NCBI RefSeq assembly: GCF_009914755.1
Contig: NC_060925.1
Direction: 5' to 3' (one strand)
Length of the DNA stretch: 64,000 nt
DNA from: the human T2T-CHM13v2.0 reference genome, Homo sapiens
The notes beneath the pieces are model-generated. The model was not told where the DNA came from and did not search any database. It worked only from the letters and a program-made list of their open reading frames with translations. A program made the position numbers and the translations under genes. The first letter of the stretch is position 1, and each line of letters begins with the position of its first letter. Of this stretch, positions 16,581 to 33,949 are shown piece by piece.

Positions 16581-18145
16581 CTGCCATTCTAAATTACAAC
16601 TATGTGAGCTTTAGAAAGAGAATAATTTGCAAGATAATAGCTTATGTTTTAAACATAATATCCCCAATTCTGCAATTAAAGATTTATATAACTAAATAGT
16701 AAAATTGTTTATTTGAGAAAAATGAACATATATTAGTTAATATAGAATTAAAAGTAAGGACAGCTGAAAGTGAAGGTCAGGTATGCTTCAGTGGGATGGT
16801 ATATTACAATGCAATACTTGGAAGTCATATTTTCAGAATCATTGCCCCCCTTTGCTTTTGAACAATTAATTCACATGACCTTCCTCAATTCTTACTTATA
16901 AAATTTTTCTGTGTATTTGTTGTTTTCTTGAATGTGTTTGTACACATGTGTTTATAGCCACATCTCAGGGAGATTACACCCATCTGCCTCAAGTTTCATG
17001 AAGACAGGAGGCAACACTCAGAGTAACGAGCTTGCAGGATTCATGTAGAAAAGATAGATTTGAAAAGAAGAAAACATTAGTACTTTTAAAGTCTGACACA
17101 TCTAATATTTTCTATATCAATGTATAAAGCTTCCTTCAGTGATCCACAGTGCTGAGGTGACATTTTTTACAACAAATCTAAAGTGTTTTCAGTCCTTGGT
17201 TGAGGAAAAAAAAAAGCCTGGGAAGTGTAAAGTTCCTGATAATTATTTGCTTTTTTCAATAATAGCTAATGTAGCAATATTTTCATGCTTGAACATCCAT
17301 GTGTGTGTGCATGTTGAAGATTTGTTGAAGATAAATGTGTATCTTGGTTGCCACATTGATTTCAGATAAAAAACATGGAAATGGAAACTATTTATATGAT
17401 TTATAAACTTTATATAATTTATTTATATATTAAAAACAAATTTGGGAAATAAGTATGTTTAGATATTTTACATAATACATTATGATAGCAGACATTTTGG
17501 GACTATCGTGAGGTAAATTTAAGGCTAAAAATAAGAAATTAGGTTAAAATACACTTGACTTTCTACAACATTTACAAATAGCAGGAAGATTAAATAAAAT
17601 AACTTTGCTGAATACTACATTTTAAGGAAAGCAAGCTAAATATTAAAGAATATCTGAGTTACCTAGGATCATATGGATAATTCATAACTTGTTTTTCATG
17701 GAATGTATTAAAGCCATTTTTACTGATTTTTGATGTTGTAAAACAGGCTATCTCTAAGGCCTGAGGATTTTATTTTTAATTAGTAGTGTGGTTTCCATAA
17801 GAAGTGTTTCATATTTATGCCAATATTTAAAGTACCTAAATTTCAAGCTACTGTGTATTGAAATGAGCTCCTAGAAGATAATTACAATATTTATTTTTAC
17901 AAATTCTGTAAACACAGAAAACAAACTATTTTTTATATAATTAAAACATGAATAAATTTTTAAAATTCTGGTGAGATATATAAAACACTATCTAATTGTC
18001 TGTTAGATCTTGTGATTTTTCACAGGTAGCTTTTTAACAGGATACAATTTGTATGTTACTCAGAAACATTGGATAGCTATAGTTGTACCCGGAAAACTGG
18101 CAGTAAAATCAGTGAAAATTTGATGACAATTGGTTTAAAAATAAG

Positions 18146-19131
18146 CAAATATGTGTTGCATAACAGTGTTCCAGTTCATGGGGGACAAACCACATATATG
18201 AGAGCTGTCCCATATGGGTTATAATGAGGCCGAAAAATTCCTATGGCCTAGTATTTATTATCCTGTATTTTTAATCATTATTTTAGAATGTACTTGTACT
18301 TATGGAAAAAGAAAAAAAAAACGGTAAAACAGCTCAGGCAGGTCTTTCAGGAGGCATTCCAGAAGAAGGTATTGTTATTATGAGCAATGACAGTTCCATG
18401 CTTGTTATTGCCCCTGAAGACCTTCCAATGGGACAAGATGTGGAGGGGGGAGACAGTGATATTGGTGATCTTGACCCTGTTTAGGCCTAGCATAAATTCT
18501 TAGTCTTTAACAAAAAAGTTTAAAACTAATAATAAAGTAAATATTTTTAAAAACAGAAAAAACCTTATAGAATAAGGATATAAAGATAGAAAATATGCAC
18601 AGTTGTAGAGTGTTTAAACTAAGTGTTATTACAAGAGTTTAAAAAAATAAAGTTGATAAAGTAAAAAAAGTTTAAGATTATTAAAAAAGAAATATTTTTA
18701 ATAAATCTAGTATAGCCTAAGTGTACAGAGCTTATGAAGTCTACAGTGGTGTATAGTAATGTCCTAGGCCTTCACATCACTTGCCACTCATTCTGACACA
18801 CTCAAAGCAACTTCTAGTCCTAAAAACTCCATTCATGGTAAGTGCTCTATAAAAGTGTACCGTATTTTTTATACCATATTTTATTATACTTACTATGTTT
18901 TGATTTGTTGATATACAAATACCATTATGTTACAACTGCCTACAATATTCAATACAATTGCATGTTGTACAGGTTTGTAACATATGAGTAGTAGGCTACA
19001 CTTTATAGCCTAGGTGTGTAGTAAGCTATACAATCTAGATTTGTGTAAGTGCACTCTATGATGTTTGCACAATAAGAAAGTTGCCTAATACATGTCTCAG
19101 AGTAAATTACATTTTTAAGTGACGCATGACT
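18146..19131 (+). mobile_element. Tigger3b/c-like (Tc1/mariner-Tigger) non-autonomous DNA transposon
   Basis: Degenerate left TIR caaatatgtgttgcataac, internal caggcaggtctttcaggaggcattccagaagaagg...gaccctgtttaggcctag, right TIR ttaagtgacgcatgact. Confidence 0.85.
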
Positions 19132-21129
19132 TCGTGTGTGTATGTGTGTATCTTCATCTTTAAGTGACACATGACTCTGTGTGTATGTGTGTATATGTTT
19201 ATACATGTATATAAGTTCTGAAGGTGTGAAAAGAATTCTCATATAACTGATTTAGAGATACTTAATGTAACATATGCTGTGATATAAACATTTTCAAAGG
19301 CTTTCTCCTACAAATTTAAAGGAGCAGAAAGGAGCTAGCTTTTTATTGTGATTTAATAGAAATAGTGATGGAAATATTTAATATTAGTATTATATATTAT
19401 ACAAAATGTGTATACCATATATATATATACATTTTAAAATAAAGCAAATGTGAAATGCAACCTTTCTCATAAATTGAAACAAAACAAAATACAAATGCAA
19501 AATGGATGATATTCCTCATTATTTCAAAACCTAATGTATTTTTCTAGGATACTACACACTCTGCTGTTATTAAAAAAAACACCTTTTATACTCACAAAAT
19601 TTATTTTCACAAAAGTTTTGTGATTATAATAGCAAAATTTTATAATCGCAAATCAATACATCTCAAAGTACAAAAACTAGGTATCATCACAATTTCTGAA
19701 CTGCTCAAAATCTAATGGCCAGAGCCAGGGCTGATCCAGTAAACCCACTATGACTCAGAGTTTTCTGATGTAAAATAAGCAAATTGGATTGGATAATGCC
19801 ACTGTTCGTTTATTACACATTTTATTAAAAGATTTTGGATAAAAAGCATGGGTTCTTGGTGATTCTGAAATATTGGGCAAGTAATTTAAACTTCTATGAG
19901 ACTTGATTCATAAACCCTAAGTGAGTAAAAAGGAGATGATGACATAACAAACACATATTTAATGTAATTTATTGGTAATAAATTATCTCACTTAGTCCTC
20001 ATAGAAATTTTTAAACAGGAATATTGTTAGGCAAATTTTGAAACTGAGATTTGAAAACAGTATCTAATTTGTTAACTTATTAAAAGTTCTAATAATAAAT
20101 ATACCTTCTTTCTTGAGCCAAACTAATTATTTCACCAACAAACAAGATTTCTTACTAACCTAACAAAATCAAAGGAAGTGAAAGCACTTGAAAAGTATAA
20201 TCTACTGTTCAAACATTACAAAGATAATTTATATATACAAAGTTGGATCCATGCTACTGAGTGTGTTTATAGTGACACAACATTTTCAACATATATTTTT
20301 CTAATAAAATAATGTCAGTTTTCTTAAATAATTAAAATTTGTTTTAATTTATCAAAATTTGCCATGTCATAAATGTATTTGAAATATTAAAATAATGCAC
20401 TAAAAATAATAGACCATGTGATAGTTTCCTAAAGTATACTTACACAGTTTGTATAATATACTTCACAAAAAAATAGAAGTAAATAAAAGTAAAATATAAG
20501 ACATGGTAATTTAAAAGCCAAAACATGGATAACATTAGGCTTGTATAAGACTTCCAAATGCTTCAATAAAGAATTACACTTTGAGAATTTTAAACTGTGT
20601 TCACATGACATGCTTTGTAAATGTCACATACTGTTAGAGATGTGACAGTGAATAAAATGATCAAGTAATATAAATGAAAAATATCAGCCTCAAATCAGCA
20701 GTAGTAAGTAACCAATCTGGAACACCAGATGGAGAATTAACTGCAATTCAATTATCTGTATTAAAATGACTCCTAGGTGCGATTGAAAAATATACAACAT
20801 AAAAAAAGAGAAATTGACCATATGTAGCTGGTAAAAAAAGATTTGTCAATGCAAGATGAATGATTGTTGTACATAATGCGTTTGTTTTGTCATGGGAGAT
20901 ATTTATGAGTGTAATTCTGTTCACATTGTATTGCTATTGTGAAGAGACAATGTACTGTTTGGATGAATATGTAATTTGTTCCTTCCTAATTCAAACAAAT
21001 TTTAGAAAAGGAAGAGATACTCTTATACAAAACAAATTTTATTTCCACACATACCATGTCCTGTAGTGATTAAAGGATATTGAAAATAGAGTGCACAAAA
21101 ATAGTAATATAAACTGTGCAAATATGACA

Positions 21130-21510
21130 GAGTGTTTTGAATTACAGTAATCAGAAAATTCAAGTTGAAAGAGCATTGAGATGCTTTTATTGCCTATCAT
21201 ATAGATAAGAATTAATTGAATTCATAGTGCCCAATTGTACTGTAAGGTGTGGGAAAATTGGTAATGGTACTATTACATAAAATTAATGAAAATATGATTT
21301 TTAACATCATATCTGAGGGCAGTGTGAAACTAGATCATATTTTATCATGCCCATTTACTTTGGATCAGCAATTCCAATTCTGGGAAGCTATCTGTCAGAA
21401 GTATGCTTAATTGCCCATGGTGATATATGCTCAGAGGTGTTCACTGCAACATTATTTACAGTGGGTAAAGATTAGAAAAATCTGGGCTATCTCCCAATAG
21501 TGGTGAATGT
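21130..21510 (+). mobile_element. Very old L1 (L1ME-type) 3' fragment
   Basis: gatcagcaattccaattctggga...ggtgttcactgcaacattattta resemble the L1 ORF2 3' end. Confidence 0.45.
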
Positions 21511-21799
21511 TTTAAACCAAAACTAACAGAAAATAACACTTATCAAGGAGACATTCTTAATAGTGACTATGACCTACAATTTGTAACATTTGTCATTTCC
21601 AAAATATGTTGAGGATATTTAACATACAGTTGCATTTTGTAATCATTAAATAATTTGTATAGTTATGAATGCAATATATGTACAAAAATGATAGAAAAAG
21701 TTATATAAACAAATATAAGTGATATTTAATTCACTTTTTATTAGCAGTACACTTATATACATAATTGAGTTTACAATTATGTGCATACATTTTTTCTGT

Positions 21800-22178
21800 T
21801 CTATATTTTTATTTTTTAATAAAAATTGCATATATTTAAGTGTACAACCTGATTTTTTTATATACACATACACATACATAGTGAAATGATTAATACAGTC
21901 AAGCTAATTAACATAACCATCTTCTCACATAGTTTAGATGGGAGCACTTGAAATCTACTCTCTTCAAAAATTTCTGGTAATACAATACAATATCATTAAC
22001 TACAGTAACCATGCTGTAGATATTAGATCTCTAGACTCATTCTTTCTACATAACTGCAACTTTGTACTCTTTGACCAATAGATTCCTTTTCTCCCACCTC
22101 CCTGCCCCTAGTAACCACCATTTAATCCTGCTTCTATATATTGGACTTTTTTAGAGTCTACATGTAAGTGAGATCATG
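21800..22178 (-). mobile_element. L1MA8/9-like 3' UTR
   Basis: gtgaaatgattaatacagtcaagctaattaacata...aaatctactctctt...ttagatctctagactcattc...gtaagtgagatcatg. Confidence 0.75.
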
Positions 22179-22939
22179 ATCATGCATTTTCAAAACATGA
22201 ATCAAGACACATGTATACATTAATAAATGCCTGGATATATTGCTTCTAAATTATTTCATTTGCATTTTCCATTTTATTGAACACTGCAGAACATACTATT
22301 TTTAATGATTGCATACTAATGTGTTATGAATATACATCTATTGTTGGATATTTTGTGTTGCTAATTTAAATATATGAAGTTTATCTTTGTGATGACAGTG
22401 TACAAATATATATTTCTGTCCACTTTTCTCATTTTGAGCCTTAGAATAATAATTGATAAATCAAAATTTATGAACATATTTTAAGCTTCTTAAAGAATAA
22501 CATCAACATATCTTCGAAACAGATTGGGAAAATTTGCAATATTTGCAAATGGTGTACCTTCTTGGCAGCTCATATTGATCTTTGTGATTTTCTTTTTTTA
22601 TTTTGATGACTTTAGAATAATACCTATTTTAATTTACATTTATGATTATTGGTGAGAATTAAACAAACTCCAGATATTTGCAGACCATTGTTATGTATTT
22701 CTTTATGTAGTTATTAATTTATTCATTTAGCTGGTAATGTACCATTGATTTTGCCAATTTTTAAGAAATTAGGTATTTGTAAGTAAATTTATATTTTAAA
22801 TGTAAGATGTTAAAAAAGTTGCAGCCAGTGAAATAAAAATTTGGATATTGAAAAGTATTTTGATAGACTCATTACCATAATTGGATATTTTGTTTACTTT
22901 AGGTAAATGTACATAATTACATATGGGTTCTGGGTATGC

Positions 22940-24340
22940 ATTTATTTATCCAAAAACTCAGAGTGATACTAAGCCAAGAATTATGCATGAAATAGGGATT
23001 AGAATAATGAACAGAATGTGCACATATTTTTCCTGTCATGGAACTTACATTGTAGCAAGAGGGGACAAAACATATAGTTAAAATATATAAAAACAAAAAG
23101 TTAAAATATATAAAATTTTAGGTAGCCAAATGAGATATAGAGAAAAGTAAGAAAAGCTATGGGGAATTTTGTATGTTCAGAAGAGATAGCACTAAGATGA
23201 TACTTGAATAAAAACTTGAAGCGGATGGAGAGAGTTATGTGGATATCTGTAGGAAGAGCAGTTCAGGCACAGGAACCTGTAGGCACAAAGCCCAGGTAGG
23301 AGCAAGGGTGGCATTTACCAAATCAGAGTGAGAGAGGGGAACTGAGTGGAGATAAAGTTGTTACTGGAAGGGAATCCTTAACGGTCTGCATCAACCTCAA
23401 TTCTTGCCTCCTCAAAAGAAAAAATTCAACAAAGGGGTATAAGGCAGAGTGAGAAGCCAAGGCAAGTTTTAGAGAAGGAGTGAAAGTTTATTAAAAAGTT
23501 TAGAGCTGGAATGAAAGGAAGTAAACTTGGAAAAGGGCTATGTGAGTGACTTGAGAGATTCAAGTACATGGTTTGAACTTTGACTTGGGATCCTATATGT
23601 TGGCATACTTATGGGGGCTGCATCCCTTCTGCCCTGATCCTTCCCTTGGAGTGGGCTATTCACATGCACAGTGGCCTGCCAGCAGTTGGGAGGGGCCATA
23701 TGCTCAGTGTGTTTACAAAAATTGTGCACATGCTGAGCTTATTTGAGGCATTCTTCCCAGTGGAGTGTTTCTAGAGAAAGATCATATACCAGCTAAACTC
23801 CACCATCTTGACTGTTAGTGAGTATGCTTGAGCCTTCTCATTCAGCTCCTGAGATCTTATTGGGAAGCTGCTGATCACCAGTTTCAAATTGTCTCTATTG
23901 GGAGACTACCTTTCCCTGGCATGGTTGTGACTATTTATTATTTTAGGAGATATCTTAACAACTGCCTGACCATCACCTGATGGTTGCCTGACATTCCTGG
24001 TTGTGGGGGAAAGCTCTCCTGCCCTGCTCATGTTGGTCTAACTACCTACTATAAAAAAAGTCAGACCCTGTATGGCCTTAGGGTCATAACATTTGCATTT
24101 ATAGACTGAATAAGATAAGAAGCCACTGGAGAGTTTCCAATATAGGAATATCATAATCTACCCAATGTCCTAAAATAATTAATAGGATGCTGTGTGGCAA
24201 AGAGATTAGTTAGCATTATTATAGTTGAGAAAGTGGGATTAGTATAGGGTTTTATTTATGGAAACTGTAAGAAAGGTTTCAAAATATATTTTGAAGGTGA
24301 GCTAAAACATTCTCTGAAGTACTGAATGTGGGAATTCTGC
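22940..24340 (-). mobile_element. L2 LINE remnant interrupted by MER50
   Basis: tcatggaacttacattgtag; tgtggatatctgtaggaagagcagttcaggcacaggaac; gaagccactggagagttt resumes after the LTR. Confidence 0.55.
23359..24056 (-). mobile_element. MER50-like ERV1 solo LTR
   Basis: tgttac...; gagatcttattgggaagctgctgatcaccagtttca; cctgaccatcacctgatggttgcctgacattcctgg; cctgccctgctcatg...actacctact; flanked by AAAGT direct repeats (23354-23358, 24057-24061). Confidence 0.8.
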
Positions 24341-25149
24341 AGGACTGAATATTGACCACCATAGAATGTTAAGGAACACTGATTATTGTGCTGGTTATCT
24401 ACTTATTGTCTCCATTTCCAAATCCAATTTTTCAAAACTGCTATGTGAAAATGGATCTGGGTTCGTAATATATATATTTTTTCCTTTTCTTTTGCCAATG
24501 ACCCTAAAATTTTGACTCTAGAGGGTGCTAGAGAGACTTTGCAGGGGGGAGAAATATTATGTTTTATTGTTCTTGTTTCCTGCATGCATGGTTTTCTCTA
24601 GTACCAAGTCTTTCTTAATGCAATTAGAACTTTTTACACTCTGCATCCATAAGAAAGTTTTGCAGTGATCACTACTAGTTTAATAAACAGACTTTCAGTT
24701 TTTATAAAAATGATCCTGTCAATGAAAAAAAAGAAACATATACTAAATATTTTCAATGCTAAGTAAATGATATTTGCTAAGAATGGCATTAGGATTCATT
24801 ATGTCAATAATGATGAGAAATAAGTAAGCAATTCAACTGGTTTTCTCAAACATGGAAACTATTCTCCTGAAAGCCTTGGAAAAACTTGCACCTATTGTTA
24901 AGGAGTAGTACTTTTTGACCTTAGGTGCAATAACTCAGTTAATTTTAGAGAAGAGTTATTAAAAGTTATAACACATATGCACTAAAGAGTGAGGGAATGA
25001 TAGTGTTGCTCATTCATTTTAGACACTTTTTTAGAGGAACAGGTATTTCTGAATGTGTATCTGTTAGAACAAAATAATTTGTTAAGATAAGAATATATTA
25101 ATAAAAGCTTCTGGAATAAGAAGACTATATTCTCCTTTGTTGTTGTTGT

Positions 25150-25855
25150 TTCATTAACAAAATAACTGTGAGATGTACAGAGGAAACTATTTTCATAGTA
25201 ACAATTTGCAAATTTGAGTGTAAACTCTGGAGAAACTCCAAGAACACACTCCAGGAAAGGGGAGGAAACTGAGGCATTTAAACCTTCCAGGGTTTGTTTG
25301 ACATGCCTATTCATCAAGTTTGAGGGATGTCTATGTATGTGAATTAAGAAAGTCTAGTGCATGGTCAGTGCATTAACATATATGCAACATACATCTTACG
25401 TTCACTTTGGGGTAGGGTTTTATGTTAAGATAAAGTGGAATTCGGCTCTTTACATCAGAAGGTGCACTATATGGCACAAAGACGTTTTGTGTACAGTTTC
25501 TGCAAGCTTATGATCTGTAGCTTCTTATCAGGAAAGAATGTTTATAAGGTTGGCCTCCTATCCAACAGGTGCTGCGGGCACAATCAAGGAAGGGGTGTCA
25601 CAATTGGTTGGAGTCAGTTAGTCCACTGAGGTTAGTTGCGTAGTCTTTCTCTAGAATGGATTTCTATAATACCTAATTGCAGGAGGAAAACTTTATGGCA
25701 ATTAACAAACCTTATAGTAGTTAACAATGTAGGGGTACCTGACCAAACCTTTCTCCCTGCTGTAGCTGCTTAGTTTTCTTTAGAGCGTTTCATTTTAGCC
25801 ACAAAGAGTACTGATGAGAGTACCTCTCATCAGTCAGATAGGTACAATGTTGACA
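25150..25855 (-). mobile_element. ERV1 solo LTR (MER39/MER34-like, uncertain)
   Basis: gttcactttggggtagggtttt...gtggaattcggctctttacatcagaaggtgcactatatggcacaaagac motifs; ends ttgaca. Confidence 0.5.
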
Positions 25856-27319
25856 CTTTTAAGGGTGAATATGTTGACACTTTTAAGGGTGAATATGTGC
25901 CAATGAAAATAGTGACAAGGTCCTTATGCAAAAATAGTTGACAGCACAGAAAAGGATAAGCTTAGCCTTCATTCTGTAATAATACATCAAAAATACTGTA
26001 TATAGATGCATAATGTAGAACGAGTGTGTTTTGACAATTCTATTAATGATCTGTCTGATAGCATCAGAAAGGTCACTGAGGTAAGAAGGAAAGTCATGAG
26101 CTGAGAGTATGGACAAGAATATGGTTTGGGAGATTTGAGGAAGAAGACTTGTTTGAAGTTGTCATCCAGGACAGAGGAAGACTGACTGACCTAGAATACT
26201 AACAATGACAATTATAAAAATATATAGGAGCCCACATGATTTACAGTGAAAGCATTCAGCCCATTGTGAACTGCTTTTTTTTTTTAAACCAGCTTTATTC
26301 AGTTGCAGAAGTACAGCAATGGAGGAAGAGGAAAGTTTAATATAAGCAGGCTTGTAGGTTAGCCCTGTGAGAACAGAAACTTGAGAGAAAAACAGGGAAT
26401 AATGAATGTAAGGAAAAGGGTGTTTATAATGATTAACTGTGAAACTTAAGTTTGTTATGAGAGTGGAATGGCCGCCAGTAACATGAGAATTAGGTAAAGG
26501 CTGTAGGGCCAATCAGACTGAGTTGGGGAAGGAGTAATTGTACCTTAGAATCAAATTGTACCTTAGAATATGAACAGCTTGTATCTAAGAGAAATAACAA
26601 TATATTGGGTAAAACCATAGAATAAGAGGTTGAAATAGGGTAAATAATAAATAATCAAATCATTGGAAGAGAGAAGTTGAAGGAAATGCAAAACAGAGCA
26701 TTGGAAAGATTGTACTTGAGGAATTACATAGAAATAGTAAAAGATAAAGACATAGAACTGGAGGAAAAAAACACAAGAGCCATAATTGTGGAGAAATGAA
26801 GGTGTTGAAAAATTATTCAGCTGTCAATAGATGACAGCAACAATGAGCAATGCGTAAAGTAATTTGATATAATTTTTAAAGATGGTTTAGAGAGAATAAC
26901 AAGAAACAAATACTACATTAGCCATACTTCTAGAACCAGTGACAAGTGGGCTGTAGGAAGAAACAACAACACATAATGAAAGAAAAATATTCCACATGCT
27001 GGGAGATTTTCTCCATGCTTAAGTCAAGACACAGGAGCAATAGGCGATGTCTTCGGGATTCTGGTAAATATCTGTTTGTACAGAACAGTGTGCAAAATAT
27101 TCGGAAGAGAGGTTGGGGATACAGGTGATTCAGTTAATGATGAAAATAAGTTCCCAGGTGTAACACTGGAATGGCTTAGTAGTTAGGAAGGAATAGGGAG
27201 AAGACCAAAGAGCCTTGTGTACCTTGGATGCTGAGGGGTGATTTAGAATTCTAGGGCATATTACACTAAATAATAAAAACAAGGAAATGGGACATATTAA
27301 AATAGGCTATGCTTACCAA

Positions 27320-27585
27320 AAATAATGGCCTGTAATTTTTTTTGTTTGGTTTGGTTTCTCTTGTTCCTATAGTCTCTTAACTTTTGTATTTTTAATATAG
27401 GCCTCAAAAAATGAATTTAGAGATGTTCCTTACTTCTCAATTTTATGAAAACTTTGAGAATTATTTGTGTTAATTATTCAAATGTTTAGTAGAATTAACT
27501 AATGAAGCCATCAGGTCCTGGGCTTTTATTTGTTGGAAAGTTTCTGATTAATGATTCGTTCTCCTAACTCATTAATGGTCAATTT
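27320..27585 (-). mobile_element. Old L1 ORF2 fragment
   Basis: gtagaattaactaatgaagccatcaggtcctgggcttttatttgttggaaag is the antisense of the KSPGPDGF region. Confidence 0.7.
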
Positions 27586-27669
27586 ATTTTTTACTTTACA
27601 AAAATATTTATATTTGGAAATAATTTCAAACTTAGAGAAGACTTGGCAAAACAAGGATAGTGTCAAATT

Positions 27670-28237
27670 ATACAATAATCAGAGTGAAAATGCAATCTAT
27701 GACTTGGGAGAAAAATTTGGAAATGATATATCTGGTAAGGGGTTAATATCAAAAATATACAAAGAATTCCTAAAATTTGAACAAGAAAAAGATGCATATA
27801 ATTCAATTAAAAGATAGACAAAGGATCTGAATAGACATTTCTGCAAAGAAGACATACAAATGGCCTACAAGTATATGGAAAAGTGTTCAAAATCATTAAT
27901 TATCAAAGAAGTGCATATTCAAACCCCCATGCCAATTAGGAAAGCTATTATCCAAAAAACAAAAATAAAATAAAAATTTTATTTTATTTAAAATAAACAT
28001 TTAAAGTACATTTACCATGTGACCCAGCAGCACTTCTGCAAACATATCTAAAAGAATTGAAATCAAAATGTCAAAGAGATAAATGTGTTCCCATGCTCAC
28101 TGTGGTATTATTGACAATAGCCAAGATATGAAAACAGCTTATTATCATATCAACCTATTATCATAGACAGATGAATAAAGAAAATGTGACACACACATGC
28201 AATGAAATATAATTTATGCTTAAAAAGGAAATTTTTC
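27670..28237 (+). mobile_element. L1MA (L1MA10-like) 3' region, left part; split by the Alu/SVA stack
   Basis: ggggttaatatcaaaaatatacaaagaa...gacatacaaatggcc...gacccagcagca...gcttaaaaaggaaatt. Confidence 0.8.
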
Positions 28238-30305
<2,068 letters not shown>

Positions 30306-30482
30306 GGACCCTAGAGAGCTCTAGCATCCTCTTTCCACCATGTGAGTACACAGTAATAAGTCAGCAGTCTGCAATCCTGAAGAGGCTACTAACCAGAACC
30401 TGACCATACTGGCACCCTGGTCTAGGATTTCCAGCCTCCAGAACAGTGAGAAATAAATTTCAATTGTTTGAAAAAAAAAAAA
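30306..30482 (+). mobile_element. MLT1A-type LTR 3' fragment + A12, interpreted as an SVA 3' transduction
   Basis: ccaccatgtgagtacacag...accagaacctgaccatactggcaccctg...ttccagcctccagaacagtgagaaataaatttc; stops 13 nt after AATAAA (30452-30457) and is followed by A12. Confidence 0.85.
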
Positions 30483-30942
30483 TTGCCATTTATAAATTTG
30501 GCTAAGTGAAGTACATCCATACAGAGGGGCAGATATTGCATCATCCTGCTTATATTAGGTATTTAAGATTGTCAAACTCGTAAAGGTGGGCAGTAGAATA
30601 ATGGTTAACAGGGACTAGGGAAAAGGGGATATAAGGAGTTTTTTTCCAATGGGTGTAAATTTCAGGTATGCAACAGGAAATTCTAGGTATCTGTTGTACA
30701 GCATAGTGCCTATGGCTAAAAATACTGTGTTGTGCATAGAAAAATTGGTCAAGAGAGTAAATTACAAGTTAAATGTTCTTACCACAAAAAAGAAGAGGTC
30801 ATTTTGAGGTGATTGTGTTTATTATCTTGATTCTGGTGATGGTTTCATTAATGTATGCATATGATCAAACCAAACAAATTGCATACATGGATATCTGTAG
30901 CTTTTTGTGTATCAATTACACCTCTATAAAGATGTTTAAAAA
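30483..30942 (+). mobile_element. L1MA (L1MA10-like) 3' UTR, right part
   Basis: ttgccattt...gctaagtgaa continues the sequence broken at 28237; ends atcaattacacctctataaagatgtttaaaaa. Confidence 0.8.
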
Positions 30943-32213
30943 TGTTTCACTACTCTACTTATTTGCTCTTTGGTTTTATGCAAATTGTTTAAGTGCTTAA
31001 TAATTGTTTTAGGGTGAAAAGCTTAATGTAATAATTAAAGTATTAAAATGTATGTAAAGTACTTAGAATAGTGCTTGGCTAAAAAGCGATGCAATTCGTA
31101 ACATTTTTATTTATTTAATTCAACCTTAATTCTGTGTACTTTTTCATATTATCTTGACTAAACTAGTTTAAGACTTACCTGCTTTACGTTTTTTTCTTAT
31201 CCTGTAACAAATCTTCGTCTATAAATTTTCTTAGAATATCACACAGAGAATGGTTTTATAAAAAAAATTAAGAACTTTAGTAGTTGTCAGTATAAATATA
31301 TTACCATAAATACAACTAGATAAAATAATTCTAAAGTATATAAAGTAATTATGTAAGTCACAACATTATGCAAATCATGTTTATTATGCTTAGGCATAAA
31401 AGGTCAAGCAGTATCTCTAAATCTTAATTTTAGAGCAGTCCTCACTGCTATGATTTGAACTAGTAAAGATAGCATACATAATGATGTAAATATTTTTTGG
31501 ATCATCTGTTATAATGTACGCAAATACCACCTAGGATTATAAACAAGCTTAAATTGTTTAATATATTTTGTATATCTCAAACATTTATTATAATTCCTAT
31601 CATTCTTTAAATACCAAATGTCGAGAATTCAAGTAGAAAGAAAATCAATCAAAATGCCAAAATCTGCATGTTCATATTTAAATTATCATAAGTATTGATG
31701 AATGTCAAAAGTAGTATATTCTTAGACAGTAAAAGGTTGAATTTATTATCAGTAAACATACATTATTAATGTCCTCATTATACAATAATAAAAATCCTGA
31801 AATATATTGTTATAAGCAATAGATAATACTTTAACAGGTGGGATTATAATATTTCTAGCATATACATTAAACAGCAATGAAATTTGAAAGACTTCAAATT
31901 CTACAACATGCTTTGACAATTGGACCTCCTGAAACTATAGTATTCATATAATTTTACTAGACATCAATTGCAAATGTTAAGGTAATTTAAGAAAATCAAT
32001 CATTTATGCTGCCTTTTTGAAGAAGGAATACATGTACTAATTATTAAAAATTATACCTTAATTTTACTTTTAATATTATTGTGACTATGCAACCCTGCCA
32101 TATAATAGTCTACATGGTATTCAAGTTAGACAGAAATTAGTCAGTGTGTTAAAAAATAAGAAACACATTAGTGTTTTGCCTTATATTATTTAGTGGAAAA
32201 TATTTTTAAATGA

Positions 32214-32519
<306 letters not shown>

Positions 32520-32681
32520 ATAAATGTTTTTTGCTACTAATATTTCAACATTTTTGAACTGTGGACTAGATTTATGTATTAAACTAAGATGAGATGCTCT
32601 AAAGTTGAGAGTATAAATATGATATTAGCTAATTTTAAGTGATAGAAATTAAACCATTCAAAATAATAAATAGTTTCAATA

Positions 32682-33367
<686 letters not shown>

Positions 33368-33949
33368 CTCATATGCTAAGTTGAAGTGTTTAAAAAGAGA
33401 AGTTAATATGAACTAAAATGAATTATTTTTAGAAAAATATCCAATAGTTATTTTATAGTGATATTTTTAGTTTATTTTTGTTTAATTCATTAATTTATTC
33501 ATTGTCTGTTCCCCATGGAGCAAAACCTACTTTGCTTTAATTCTGTTTTTTTGTTTGTTTGTTTCTAACTGTATATGTAAATATCCCTCTTGAAACAGAA
33601 AGGAGCCAATTCAGCTACATGACATTGACTTTCTTCTTTCAATTTTTTTTTCCATGTGATAACCTCAACCTCATCCATTTCAGTATGAAAATGTGGTTAT
33701 TTAGAAAGATGCATCAAGATAATATTGTAATTGTGCTTCTAATTGTTTGAGGATACTAGTACAGACAGTGAGAACAAGAAAAGCAAGTGTGATCAAATTC
33801 AGGAAACCAAAAAGGATATATTTTATTTTATGATAATATTAATTGTATAATTGTAAAAGTGACAAAGAAACAAGCTCTAGGATATTCTTCATTAAATTTA
33901 TTTCCACACATTTAAGGGTTTTGGACGCATTAAAAATATATTTTTAAAA

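Noticed and set aside
27963-27989. 13-bp-arm AT palindrome inside L1MA
   Set aside because: Made only of AAAAT/ATTTT units; too low in complexity to be meaningful alone.
27320-28237. Opposite-orientation L1 pieces as a second twin-priming inversion
   Set aside because: The pieces are far apart in L1 coordinates and separated by ~85 bp resembling another L1 3' end; no junction or TSD support.
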